Below are positions 32,403-46,308 of a stretch of 64,000 nucleotides of DNA, in pieces. Below the pieces are notes generated by a model. That model did not search any database. It was not told where the DNA came from and saw nothing but the letters and a program-made list of their open reading frames with translations. Within the stretch, counting starts at the first letter, position 1; each line of letters begins with the position of its first letter. A program made the position numbers and the translations under genes. The DNA lies in the NCBI GenBank assembly GCA_903813345.2, contig CAIIXF020000001.1, positions 23,746,001 to 23,810,000 on the forward strand. The letters are read 5' to 3'. Origin of the DNA: Owenia fusiformis (taxonomy: Eukaryota).

Positions 32403-34324
32403 ACTGATCTAACATCGCAGGAACATCGCCAAAGTGGGCGGTCGGCCTGAAATTGTTTAATGAATAGGACGCAGTCGAATATCACATACGCTGCGAGCTT
32501 TGGCCGCTTTTGGGGCTTAATTTCACCCCAGATACCCCTTTTGAAGAAAGGAATGTGTAATTTTAAAAAATGTGTCCAATCGTTTTTATCAAAAATCTGA
32601 TGCTCGTAAAACGTAATTTTTTTTATGGTAATACCTTTCTAATGTGCTTAAAATGTTCGAATATTTTCATCATGGAAAATCTTCAAAAAAGCCGATCTTT
32701 AAAATCTCGAAAATACAGATTTAACAAGTACTAGTATGATCAATTGATATAAAGATATTTCTGATATTGATATTAAACATATCCCTGATCAATGATGCAA
32801 CTAACTCTCATGTCTGCAATCTATTTCTAACACTAATTCGCAAGTCCAAATACCCCCCCCCCCTCAACAAAGGTAAAATCGAAGTCGTGACTTAGGGGGG
32901 AGGGCGGGTGGTGAAAAATTCGGACATTTTGTGATAAGTTGCTAACTTCCTTTTAAAATAATTGTTGGTGCCTAAATGATATATTTTCTAAAAAATGAAA
33001 TAAAAATAATTACCTTTTCTAGAACTGAAGTATCGTGAGTATGTGTACATTCAAAACTCATTGTTCAAATCAATGGAACTCATAATTGAATAATCAACAA
33101 TTTCAAGTTCAACTTGTTTTTGCCTTAAACATTCATATTTCAAGGAGTGTTACGAATAACAATAAGTGATTTAGTAAGGTCATATATAAATGGTGACTTA
33201 TTATAATTCCAACATAATTGCGGCCCATGATTTTCCCTAGCAACCACAAAGCAATGGAATATAAATTGAAATATTGAAATTGAAACTCTAAAATTGGGAG
33301 AGGTTTATCATTATTGTTTACTAAGCATTGCGGAACATGCACGTCGGTTTAATTTAGAAAGTGGAACAAGGTACATGTAGGTAGGCTTGCCTCAAGACCC
33401 TGGTTAACCAAATTCCCTGTGTCACAAGTGCTTAAGGAAGACTACGAGGGAGGAAGAGAATATTCAGGAAAAAGAAGCCGATTCTTTTCTTCATATCCTC
33501 GAATGAAATTCAATACAATAGATATTTTCAAGTTTTTACTTTTTCACGGTCCCACCCTTTTAACTCAATATATAGGGATTAAACATTATATTATTGATTT
33601 TGAAAGACTTTGTAATTAGTCATGAACTCATGGGCACTCGACTCAATGACCAAGAGGTCACAATTCACAAATCTAGACAGGCGCATATTCAATCATTCAT
33701 AAACTTCAAAAATGCAGACCGATAATTCAATTCAATTATTGAATACTTCCAGAACTTCTGCAGTTGCTGCTACTAGTTGAATTTCTTTCCCGTCTCTTAA
33801 AATTCGGTCCGAGAGAAATTATTTATACGGCATGGATTGTGGATAAGTTGTAACAAAAAACAATGGTATTCTATCACTATAAAACAAAGGACTTATATTC
33901 CGTTAACATAGGCCTAATTGACAATTTAACCAATTGCAGAAAGAAACATTTGGACTAAGGGAAGTTGATTGACCCAGAGATATTACTAAGATTAATTACA
34001 TAAGCAGGTATGTGTTTATCCTAGTGCCAAGACCTGCGTACGTTCTGTTCTTGGATCCTGTAATAAAGCTTTACATTACATTTCAAAAGTCGAAAATGTT
34101 CGGCACTAGCCATACACATGATTTTTGCCTCAACCGATTCTAACATTCCTAGCGTTTCCAATGAGACGTTTAATTAACTTGAAAACGACTTTCAGCTTTA
34201 GCAATAGCAGATTCGGACAGGGGGACGGACCCATATCAATTTTTTCTCTCCAAACCATCTCCGCAAAAGTAATATACTGAAGTAATAAAACAGAATATCA
34301 CATGCTTGTGCTTAATCAGCCTGT

Positions 34325-34560
34325 TCACCCTTTACGAACAGATCAGGCTCTTTCCATATTGATACGGTATCGGTCGAGAAACGGTGACAAAATTGACGTT
34401 GTCGGACCAGTGGTGAGTTTAATCTTCTGAAAGGTATACAATTATCATCTAGTAACAAATGCAACTTACGAAAGTACTATTCTTATTTGATTTTTTGTCA
34501 CCGTTTCTCGTCCGTTACCTTATCAATATGGAAATTGCCCGATCACGTCGTATAGGGTGA
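34325..34560. mobile_element. Small fold-back MITE
   Basis: About 70-bp inverted arms TCACCCT...CCATATTGATA...GAGAAACGGTGACAAAA and their reverse complement. Confidence 0.6.
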
Positions 34561-34655
34561 TATTCATAATTAACTAGGTCGGTAAAGTACTAAAGTATAT
34601 CCTTTCCAATAGTTTAAGTTTGATTCTGTAAAGGACATATGAAAATATATATATT

Positions 34656-34829
34656 CAGTTAAACCTGTGTATATTGAACATTTTTGCCGAGAAAACGTTC
34701 ATGCAGCGTTGGTATTCACAACAGAGAGGGTAATTTATGCAGAAGTCAGTAAAGTATGTGCGGAGGAAGGGCATCCACCAGAGACAGGTGTTCACTAGAG
34801 AGAGGTGTTCACTAAGACAGGTTTTACTG
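34656..34829. mobile_element. pogo/Tc1-mariner-type MITE
   Basis: CAGTTAAACCTGTGT ... AGACAGGTTTTACTG|TA termini. Confidence 0.5.
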
Positions 34830-36180
34830 TAACCATATTCGCACGCTCGGTAATAGTAGTAGTATCAAAAATATGTCAACAGTAGATCATGTGTAAGTGG
34901 TTTAATCAAAACATTACCTGTTTATTAGGTCTTGATGATCAAAACCAAATCCGTTACATCACTGGTTATAAGTTATTACAGACATAAAGTGTCTCCTCGC
35001 GACGTACCCCTGATCGGGTGGTAACTCTGCTCAAGACATCTTCCATCATCAATAACTTCAATTAGATCGAGCGAGCCTTTCCAAAAAAAAATATTTGAAA
35101 GAATTATTTGGGTTCATATCATTTTCGTCATATTATGCATTTCTGATCATCAAAAAAGTACATTTACATTTGCGTACAATCGTTATTACACACATGGGGT
35201 TGTCAGCAATGAACTTATTCAGTATCTACTATCCTTCTAATATTAGGGCAGTATTAGGGGCTGTACATACTATTTGGGATCCGGGGCAAAGCAAACCCCA
35301 TTGAGCAAATTATGCGATGACATCCCGTGGTAATGGACAAAAGTACATTGTCAGTATAACAATCTCATTTTTGTGAGTAATACACCAGTCAAAGGATTGG
35401 AGCGTTCGGGGTCAAGAGATCGTAAAACAGAAATTAAATACTAGATATAGTATCTAATGAGCATCAGAATGTCTTGAACGAGAATAATTTCAATGGTCAA
35501 AATCAACACCATCATTATCAACATACTATCGCTGATAAATTACATGGCATATGCTTTTTTTAAACTATACCCTGTAATCATTTCACGGCAGGTTCTCATT
35601 TCGTATTCCCGGCAAATCTACAGCGAAGCCTGAGATGACACAATCAGGGACAACTAATTAAAGACGATGCAAGATTTATGATAGAAGACTATAAAGCGGA
35701 TAAACAGCTGGTGACAAGAACTTTTATTTTTAACTCTGAAGTGATTGAACCCCGTGTTGTAGCCTCGTCGATTCCCAAGCCCAGCCACTACATTCTGAGA
35801 ACATATCCGAAGGTTGATAAAGCAAGATGGTATTTTACCATTTGATTTTGTTCCTTTAAAAGGGAGCTTCTTCTTATCTACTATAATGTAAAAGGTGTCA
35901 AATAAATATAGATATCGGGATAAATATGTTTCCCCCTTATTAGCTTTAATATCTACATAATGTTGCATAAGTTTTTGTCTGCATGACAACTGAATTGTTC
36001 TTTGGCACATCAAACATAGGGTTTGTGAGCAATTCCACACTGAGTTTCGGATAACTAGCTCGACTAGATGCACTTTTATGCACAAAAACATACTTGTGAA
36101 AGTATGGGGGAGAACATATTTATTTGACACCCTGTAGTGTACTAGGCTTTGACACTCACAATGCCTGGATTTATATGAAT

Positions 36181-36366
36181 TAGAAGGTGGTTGACCGTAT
36201 CTCTTTATTAAGTAGAAGGTGGTTGACCGTATCTCTTTATTAAGTAGAAGGTGGTTGACCGTATCTCTTTATTAAGTAGAAGGTGGTTGACCGTATCTCT
36301 TTATTAAGTAGAAGGTGGTTGACCGTATCTCTTTATTAAATAGAAGGTGGTTGACCGTATCTCTTT
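36181..36366. repeat. 32-bp tandem repeat, about 5.8 copies
   Basis: TAGAAGGTGGTTGACCGTATCTCTTTATTAAG repeated head-to-tail with no spacers. Confidence 0.95.
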
Positions 36367-36411
36367 CATCTCTCTCGAAGGTAGCCCAATTGGAGCCGCC
36401 AAGGACGCATA

Positions 36412-38232
36412 TACCCCCCTATTACACAACACTAGTTCTTACCCGTTCTTGCCAGTCCTACGAAAAGTCGTAAAACGGGGTCAATCTGGCTGTGGTCGGG
36501 AAATATGTCTAAAATAATTAGCTACTTCGTTCATAAACAGTCTTCAAATCAATACGTCCATCTCATTCGCAGTTCGTTCAGGTCGCACCTGGTCGGTGTG
36601 CAACGTCGTATAACGCGTCCCTTAGTCTTGAAGGTCATCATGACCTGATTACAAAATTCTAAAATCACCTTCCCGTCTGAGAACGTTCATGAAGTTCATA
36701 AATATACCTTAGAAAGTTGCAGCTACGTTCATTCCGTTCGCACACAGTTTAAAAAAATTAGTACCATGGGTACTGGGCTCACATGGTGACAGAAAAAACG
36801 GATATAATTTTTTGCTGATTTTTTGTTACAAAATTATTTCAAGCCATCTGTCTCTCAGTCAATTAAAATGGCTGAAAAAAAACGGATATGATTTTTTGCC
36901 AATAATTTGTAACAAAATTATTTCATACAACTACTCTTTACAGTGACATGGCTTTTTTAATGCAAGACACCTGAAATTATTTAACAGTGACATGGCTTTT
37001 TACAATGCAGGACAGCTGAAATTAAAGCTAAAATGTAAAGCTAGGAAATTGGCAAAAAGTGAATTTCGCGAAACAAGAATGGCAACCATTTTGAAAATAG
37101 GCGAGCTTTTGAACCAAGAGTCATAGGAGAGTTTTTTGTATTGATGTTGAACAAAATTAACTTAAAATGGGAATCCTATCGACAGAGGTTTAAGGTAAAT
37201 GGTCCAAAAGTGGATTTTGCGAGACAGAAGGACAAATCAATGTTAACTAAAATGGCTGAAAATAAATAAATGGATATAATTTTTCGCTGATTTTTCGTAA
37301 CAAAATTATTTCATACATCTACTCTTTACATTGACATGGATTTTTACAATGTAGGACACTTGAAATTATTTGTAAAGCTAGGAAATGGGTCAAAAGTGAA
37401 TTTCGCGAGACAAAAATGGCGGCCATTTTGAAAATAGGCGAGCTTTTGAACCAGGAGTCATAGGGGAGTTTTCTGAATTGATGTTGAACAGAAATAACTT
37501 AAAACAGGAATCCTATCGACAGAGGTTAGCTAGGAAATGGGCTAAAAGTGAATTTCGCGAGACAAAGGTGACGTCCATTTTGAAAATAGGCGAGCTTTTG
37601 AACCAGGAGTCATAGGGGGGTTTTCTGTATTAGTGTTGAACAGAAATAACTTAAAACAGGAATCCTATCGACAGAGGTTTCAAAACGTGCCACTATTGTT
37701 GACGGACAGACGGACGTACGGACGAACGTACAGACGGACAGACGGACAGACAGACGGACAATTTAGTGATTGCAAAAGCTCACCATGTGAGCTAACCAGT
37801 TTTGAAGAACGCAGTGGCAACTTGTTTGGTGTGATAGCTATATTTTTGCTAACTCGTTCATAAGCAGTCTTAAATACGTTCTTAATCAGTTTAAACCCGT
37901 TTGCAATGAGTTCTACCTCGTTCTCAACACGTCCTCAGACAGTTCAACTCGTTGTTAAAACGTCCCTAGTAGGATTGAAGTACGACGGTTCCGCTCGTAG
38001 TACGTCCAGCTTGTCGTTAGTACGTTGTCACTCGTTCTAATTGTAGAACGTGACGACCACGAGAACATTTTAAGCATTGTCTAAGTTCTAGAGGACCTAC
38101 CAGTTCGAGTACGTTCGATGAAGTTTGTAAATAGATCCCAAACGGTTCTTAGTACGTCCGGTCCGTTCGTACACAGTTGAAGCCCGTTTTCGAGAACGTA
38201 GTGAAATCTAGTTTGGTGTGATAGTAGGGGTA
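36412..38232. mobile_element. Non-autonomous TIR element (possibly PIF/Harbinger-like) hosting a HINE
   Basis: TACCCCCCTATTACAC ... GTGTGATAGTAGGGGTA termini; CGTTC/TACG-rich interior distinct from the flanks. Confidence 0.5.
36758..37795 (-). mobile_element. Helentron/HINE-like element
   Basis: Minus strand: TTAGCTCACATGGTGAGC, (GTCC/GTCT)n microsatellite, internal tandem repeats, 3' subTIR CACCATGTGAGC, hairpin AGTACC-CAT-GGTACT, then a T-run. Confidence 0.78.
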
Positions 38233-39078
38233 AGTGACAGTTACATGTAGTTCATTTGCTATAGTGAGTTATTCTTCACATTCAGTCCCATTGGTCTATG
38301 TGTTATTGCTGTATTAGAATTTCAAATACCCAACATGAATCAACTTATTTTCTCTCCATAATAATTTACTTATCAATATGTTTTAAGTTTAAACTAAGGT
38401 TCTAGAGATTTTCATTGACATTCATTTTACTTCGGAGATATTTGTAATAAGTTGCATTGATATTAATTATGAAGAGAAAATAGATGGCGAAGGATTCGGT
38501 GCTTCTAATTGTATCTAATGAGAGTCCTGAAAGCCATTTTAAGCAAGATTAAAGAATATTGTTTTCTTAATCCTTGACCAAACCTTGATTTATTGATGCA
38601 ATATTACCCTGAGTGTCATTGTTCAGTTCATTTGACGACGTTCCCTTTAAATAGGGAGCAGAATAACCTATTGGAAAAGATATGTGCCTGTTCACTGTGT
38701 TCAGTGTTCATGGCGTAAAAAAGGTTTAAAATCATCATGTAACCTCACGTTATGCCGGGAAGACTGTAGGACAATATATTTTACGCACAAATCACATGAA
38801 ATGGTGTTCAAAAAGGAATTGTTTACAAAGAGAAGGTTTAAATTACATGTTTAGTGAATATTTCTTCCTTTCATCATAAAAGTCAATAGAACAGATATTG
38901 ACTTTTAATTATGTATTGATTGCAAACACATTGAACCAATACAGTAATCCAAAACATCTTTGCACGCTCGCTCTTCAATGTGGCCGATGGGAGGTGTAAT
39001 CCAAATTGAATAATACCAATATTTATTTGACTAGGATACCTTTTTCACAATTGATTAACTAAAGCCTCAGTCACATTT

Positions 39079-39496
39079 CACTGGTCAGTATCAAGCGAAG
39101 GTAACACCCGTTACATTCACATTTAAGATGGCGGACGGTAAATGTCGATTTCCATATTTTTAGTTTCCATCGAATTAAACTACTTTGTAAAAGTGGGATT
39201 TTTCTTTTACAGATGATACATCAAAGTTTCCAGTTACCTTCACCTTAAGCGGTGGAAGATATCGTGGACTGTGATTCCCAAATGACCATGCTCCAGAGTT
39301 TATCAATGGAAGATATCGTGGACTGTGATTCCCAAATGACCATGCTCCAGAGTTTATCAAAGAACTATCAAAGCATTATACCAACTATAAAGTAGTTTAA
39401 TTCGCTTGAAACTAAAATTATCGAAATCGACACTTACTATACGCCATCTAAAATGCTAAAGAGATGGTCGTTAACTTCGCTTGATACTGACCAGTG
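39079..39496. mobile_element. MITE with CACTGG termini (Transib-like) and an internal ~51-bp tandem duplication
   Basis: CACTGGTCAGTATCAAGCGAAG ... CTTCGCTTGATACTGACCAGTG; TSD not clean. Confidence 0.65.
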
Positions 39497-39882
39497 GTAT
39501 TTGCTAGATATATTTTTATCGTTCTATTTAACCAAAAATGCATACAAAATAATCACCGCAATCCAACGACTATGAAATGACCGGATCGCTTCGGTGTGAA
39601 ACACTTCGAATAGAATAAATTGATTCCATAGTCTTTCATCATCTTGATTTTGCAGACAACTTGACATGAGATCTTCACTCAAAGGGAATCCTATCCACAT
39701 TTTGATTATTTTGATCATGTATATTTTTCAAACTAGGCAGCTGCTTTTAATAAAACGACAGAGTGTCTTCCTAATAGGATGAGAAACTCAAAATAGTATT
39801 CTCATTTATCAAAGTAGCTCTTTGTTTTTAACGCTTTCGAAAGATTCCGTGAAACCCGAGATGATAGCTCGATGTTTTAGTA

Positions 39883-40516
39883 CAGGGTGAGTCAGAAAGT
39901 GTTACCCAAACAAATCTTAGGAACTCAGTCATCCATTATTGATTTAGAAACATTTGTTCAATGTTCCTTCATTAAACCAAGTTTCATTGGTCTGTTCCAA
40001 AAAGGGCGCGATTTTATGGCAATTTTACAAAACATGCTCAGAATGCTAGCCTCATCTCAGGAGGCAAACTTGAATGCATCGGTGAAGTTGTTTTGACTAC
40101 ACGCTCACAGATATTTAGCATTCTGATACTCATAGCATCTTTCTGTTTCTCAGGGCTGAGAAGAAATGAGATGTCATGGCAGGTATATCATGATGGATAT
40201 TTAGCGTTGTGGCTCTAATTGCCCCTTCTAATCTCTTGTTTCAAGTATCTGGTGCTTCTAGGAATACATTTTAAATGAAATAGCCTCAAATGTAGAATTG
40301 TGGAGGTTCGTATTGGTTGATGGTGTTATGTTTTGGCATTTGGAACATGTTTTGTAAAATGACCATAAAATCGCGTCCATTGGAAATAGACTAATGCAAC
40401 TTAGTAGAAGGAACACTGAACAATGTTCAATTGTACCAAATATGACTTCAAACACAACCCAAACTGGATGATTGAGTTATACGATTTGTTTGGGTAACCT
40501 TTTGTGACTCACCCTG
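39883..40516. mobile_element. Tc1/mariner-type MITE
   Basis: TA|CAGGGTGAGTCA...GTTACCCAAACAAATC and its reverse complement at the far end; long imperfect arms. Confidence 0.75.
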
Positions 40517-42996
40517 CATATTATGCATGAGTTACAGACATTCATTCTTTGATTTCGTTCGATTTGTAACTAATTTACATTTTGTTGCGTCTGTTATAGC
40601 CCGCGTGAAGGAAGATACAACTTATATAACTTCAACCCCATTAGTGTGAAGCGACGATGGGTCTTCAATGCTGCTCATTAACAATTATTGAGCGTTCTCA
40701 TTAAAAACATTGCGTGCCACGGATCAAGTACATCATGTTGCGTGTCCTTGAATTCCACAACGGACTCGTTCCTTTGATTTGTGTGTAAAAAAGAAATAAG
40801 ATTTGTTCTTTTGTGGATAATATGTTTTGAAAAGAGATAATTTCAGCTTGTCCAATAAACCTGTTTTCCCTGCATTCAATTATGTCGTATCATAAATTAC
40901 ATCATATAGAGATTATATCTGCTCGGTGCGTTAAAATAGGCACAGACTAGATTATCAGTTCATTAGCTTTACTAAATATACACACGGGATGATTTTGTTG
41001 CCAATTCTCTAGATCTCACATGCTATGGTGGAAATTAAACATGAAGTAAAGTAATCGGGAATGTAATTTTGGACTAGGGATCAAGCATACATGGTCAAGG
41101 TGAGTCCATTTCCGTCTTTGACAAATAGATCCTTTCATTGTTCAGTTTTGTGCAATCTCTGCCATCGGAACCCGTTTTGGGTCAGAGCAATCCGACATAA
41201 AACGATGTACTAATGAGGCTCAATTCAATCGTTTATAATGTAAAACAGGTCAGTTTAATAAAAAATAAACGCACCGTGCCAAACTCACGTGATCAATTAA
41301 TCATTACGACAGGGGTTATTGTTTAAGCTTAATTGAACATTTAAATCCCCGTTTAATATGCTTAATCAAGAGTAATTGATATTTAATTGCAACTTATCTT
41401 CAAACGTTCATTTTATTAATCTGATTCGTGATATCAATCGGCAAATAAAAATGAAAGTGTGCGACGTTAAAACACTATCAGCTATAAATGATATAATGAT
41501 CGTATCATAAATGTTGTGCGTCATAGTTCCGGAACTTCAAGATGACAGTTATACACCGTGACATTAAGTCTGCTTTTAAAATTAAAGGCATTGAGGTTGT
41601 GAATATTTCCGCTTGTCAATTGCGCAAGAATGAACGTAGCTAATAAAAGAGATATTATATGCCATATTTCCCTGTGAAAATGGTTCATAGAAGTGCCTTT
41701 TCTGTCGATTTCAAATCACATAGAAGAAATTGTGAAACTAATCTTAATTGTACGTTTGATGTGGCGGAGTGTCATATTGATGGAATGATTGCGTTTATAG
41801 AGAAGTAATACGGTTCCGCGGTGCTTTACAATCGATTCTTAATGCTGTGGCGTAAAATCGTAAAACAATATTTTCAAAATAATGTGAGTGAATTGGTTTT
41901 TAAGATCCACGGACTGGTTAAGTCCATGCTTGGACTTATGAATGAAACAGTTTCACTTACTTTTCCATCCATCTCTTCAACCATGATCGTGTGATATCGT
42001 AAGGTACAACTCGTAACACCGTAAGCCTATAACCTATGGTCCATGGGCTTTCAAGAGTCTGTTGAAACCCCATGCTATAACTGAGGAGGTACATAACTAC
42101 ATATCCAGAGGTACAAATTTATAAATGATTATTGAAAGCCAATGATAGCTTTTTTGAGTGCTTCCAAACGCCCAGTGAGCGAAGCATTCAATAAAATGAT
42201 CGTTATGGAATAAACGGGGAATAAAACTGCCGAAGTTGTTGAACAACTATGTGGTTACAAAGACAAAGGGACGTCTCATTTCGTTGGCAACAACCATTGT
42301 ACGACCAAACGCAAACACGTGTGATAGAACTGGCAAACATAGAGAATTAGAGCAATCTTAAAATGAAATACGTAACCACGTTTAACATTACAACTTCTTA
42401 GCATACGGTTCAACAAGTCGTTATTTCCCAATTTTATATTTTCCCCTTCTTATTAACGCCATCACCTTCGAAAATCAACATTTTCCTCATTTAAAACGCC
42501 CACATGCATTCTTTTCGAGGGGTCTCAAATGAACGTCCTTTTGAAATGGACGCCTAGTGGACGTAGCGAGAAGCTCTATTAGTCATACATACTTCTCCTT
42601 GTCAATGTCATTACATTTTCAAGATCGTTTTATCAACGTCTTGGCTTTTTCCTTTGAATATACAAGTAGCATTTTTCTCGAAATCTATGTGCTAAATACT
42701 GTTTTTTTCTAAACGTTAAATGTACTTTTTATTGTGTAAGTGTATATTACTCTCACTATGGTTATTCATTGCGCGCCATCATGCGACGTTCTTTTACAAA
42801 CAGTACATCAAAGCATTTTTTAATGTTGCCCTTATATTTTCTCATTAAACTTGATAATCAATCAGGATCGCAGTTCAAGAAGTTAAATAATAATATTTAA
42901 AACGGATTGTGTGTTGTGTGTTTTATCAATTTATGCAACGTCTAAACTGTTGATAATACAGGGATTTCCCATAACGTTTTGGTAAAACACGATTAA

Positions 42997-44439
42997 AGGC
43001 CCCGTGTAAAGTTTGAACCAATGTGGCTTATATTGTAGTTTACCAAACGTAAATATGTGAAACTTTTTTCAATTGAAAAGGGATTTTTGGCACTTTTTGT
43101 TCGAAAATATTGGATTTGACGTGATATTCATCAAGATTTGGAGGTTTACAAACAAAAACGATGAATTAACTCCCCCATTGAACTACGTGTTAAAGCCTCT
43201 TTACGGTTTTATTCACTATGAATTTTTATTCACTTAACCTGCGATGAAATAACATATGATATTGATGGAAACGTAATTTGACTTTAATTTCCAAAACCTT
43301 CAAATTTCTTTCCTCGATTACAATAGGTCGAAAATTGATGATAAAGATGAATTTTTGAAAATCGTCATTCACATGTAAACCAATGGGAAATGGTGGGTTC
43401 GGGGCAAATCAGAAATCAGGATATCTATTCAGTAAAAGATTCAGCAAAAACAATTTATATAGAAAATTGAATTGTCGAACTTTTATGTACACCAAGTGTT
43501 TAGCTTACTTGATGAATACTAAAGTTATAGAGCTTCAAAGTCATTTTTGAAAATCATTTTCGCCTCCTGTGTTATTTCAATGGGAGAGGTTTTTTGAAAA
43601 GTAATTTTGACATCAAAGACCTATAATTTTGCTGATCCTGAAGAAAGATATCAATTTTTTGTTAAATAAAGTTAGCAAATTCAATTGCCTACATAACTTG
43701 TATTTTTTGCAAGGACTCGGAGTGATGGATATTCTGTCATATGACTTGCGGCAAACCTACCATTTCCATTAGTTAACAGGGGAATGTCGATTTTCAAAAA
43801 TTCATCAAATTTATCATCAATTCTTTTACCTATTGTAACTGAGGAAAAAATTGAGGAAATTTGGAGGTATTAGAATTAAAGTCAAATTACGTTTCAATCA
43901 ATAGTATTTTCATCGCAGCTTAAGTAAAAAAAAGTAAAGAGGCTTTAACACGTACTTCAATGGGGGAGCTAAGGTTGCCAAACTTAAGGGTTATGTACTG
44001 GGAGGTTTTGTTGGATATAGGGTATATCCTGGGGGATATATTTATATCTATACGAGGGACCGAAGGGACCAAGGAAAAATAACTGTTGTATCTCATACTT
44101 GAGTGGGTTTGAGGTAGATATAACCTTTTCCACCTATTTCAAATTACAAGATAGGCCTATTGTAAAAGCACAATTCATATTTAACATTTTCGCAATATTC
44201 CTTTAGTTCAATACAATGAATTGTAACATTTAAACTTTTTTGAAACTTTTGAAAAATTCCCGGGAGCGGGATTGATATATTATATTTGGCCTGGAGTGGG
44301 ACATATGCAATATATCCTGATATGACCATTTCTGATATTACAGATATCCTTGATTTTTTCAGGTAAAATCGTATCGCATACGCGTCACAGACGAATAGGA
44401 ATTCTGCGTCAAAATAGTTTGAAAAAGTACACGGGGTCT
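42997..44439. mobile_element. Kolobok-like non-autonomous element (TTAA TSD) containing a fold-back insert
   Basis: TTAA|AGGCCCCGTGTA ... TACACGGGGTCT|TTAA. Confidence 0.6.
43167..43971. mobile_element. About 800-bp fold-back element
   Basis: CTCCCCCATTGAACTACGTGTTAAAGCCTCTTTAC is mirrored at 43935-43969; arms of about 230 bp. Confidence 0.75.
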
Positions 44440-46229
44440 TTAAGGAATGAAGAACTTCCTCTCATACTCTACACACATGCCTCAGAATATGCCGCTATAT
44501 TTTTACATGAATGGAAGACACTATTTGAAGAAGCTCAATTTATGTAAAACAATAAACCAATTTATTTACTTAAACTAAGTGACATTGTACAACACCATGC
44601 GCTTGTTCACATAATGCCTCGTTTTCAACGATCTGTAATCAATTTGAATGATAAAATCGGATACAATGATAAATGACCAACATTCAGTCCGTGGTTAAAT
44701 TCCATGTGTTTGACGAAGGCATGCCGTATCCTTTACACCATCATGGGAAATACCATCCTCAATAGTGATGAGTATATAAGCCGTTACACCGGCTGCACAA
44801 AAATGAGTGATGCCGAATACATAAATCTGGTCAATTGCAAAATACGAGTTTTAGATGCGCTGTGCGAAACCTCTGTAATATTAAATACAACGTGACATTA
44901 ACCGGTTAATGTGCTATAGTCCGCGAATAATAGTCATTGGTAAGATTTAGTATCGCAGTCAATCATTGAAACACTTCCCGTATTCCAGGTATTTCTACAA
45001 TATATGAGATTGGATGAACTAAACTTGACATACAAAAATTTATCCAATAAGTATGAAGATAGAGTGGTGCGGAAAAAACGTTTGGTCCTTAATCAAAAAT
45101 GGGCGCCGATTTTGCGAAACGAGGCCAACATTCTTTTAAATATTAGGCCTATTATTAAAAAAAGCAATACCCAATTACGTCGGATTGACACAGTATCTAT
45201 ATTTTTTTCTATTTAATTGCTCAGTTTACATTTTACGGTATTACTTTCTAGCCCGTTTCTCGTGTTTTGTTAACGACCAATGATCTAGTAAAAGGCTACT
45301 TCAGATATTGAGAATTGCCCTGACATAAGAAAAAACACTCATTTTACAATTTACGCAAAGCAATCACGTCTGTTGAAGAAAAGTAAACAAAAATGTTGAT
45401 TGTTTACGTTAATCTTTTCTCCGTAGATATGGGGTAAAACATGTCCGATGACGTATACATCCGGTAAACGTGGGTCATTATCAATCCTAATCACCGGGGT
45501 AAATAAAGGTTGTCACAAAACAAGCTTGAAGAGAAGCCATTAATCGTGATAAATACAAGGAGATAATAATATTGGTACAAACTCTGATAAAAAGGTCTTT
45601 GTAGAAACGTTTAAGATAAATTCATGTTGTACTGATATGGTTTGCATGATTCGCTTTTCTAGACTAAAGAACTCGAATTAGTATTCAAAACAAAGAACTA
45701 GAAGATTAGAATTGTTTTTCAAGATTGTTCAAGATACACGCGTGAGATAACGCCAAGAGAGCCTGAATTGACGTTCGATGTGGATGAGGAGACATTGTTT
45801 CTACACATTGGGATTATACCCGGTAGTTATTGTAGCTTAACTGGATCTTCTAAAATAGACTAATACGATTAGCATTTCTATTTGACAACTGGCATGAACG
45901 ATCGACCAGGAAGTATAGCGAATTCTTTTACAACTAATTTTTAACTGTCTTGTTGTGTTATTAATTGGCTAATTACTAAGGTCTGAAGGTGTCGTGACCA
46001 TCTTTGAATAAATCACCTTCACTAGGAATAACTGTTTCTACGGCTAATGTATCTAAAACTGCATTTGACACATTGATTTCCCGGGATTGCTTTCATCAAA
46101 CCTAGATTAAATAACGCAGTGTCACTTCTGTAGTAAATGTATTTTTACAATATTCAGTACAAAATATTTAAAAATGGGATCGAATAACATGAATAATGTT
46201 TTAGTAAGTGGCCAATATAGTGGATGTGA

Positions 46230-46308
46230 TACCCTTTGCATTCGTTTGACTTCACTTCTTAAAAGAGAGCTTCGTCTTGTAGTTTAACTAGACTCTGCAC
46301 GCAGGGTA
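46230..46308. mobile_element. 79-bp micro-MITE with 9-bp TSD (MULE-like)
   Basis: TACCCTTTGCATTC...GCACGCAGGGTA; flanks TGGATGTGA / TGGATGTAA; an inverted copy lies at 60007-60083. Confidence 0.8.

Noticed and set aside
33388-33404. 17-mer TTGCCTCAAGACCCTGG shared with about 62888
   Set aside because: Too short, and the similarity does not extend; cannot be interpreted.
35654-36130. 158-aa minus-strand ORF
   Set aside because: Non-ATG start, no recognisable motif, and it overlaps a probable mariner-type end (CACCCTGTA).
36181-36366. 32-bp repeat of CRISPR-like length
   Set aside because: No spacers; it is a plain minisatellite.
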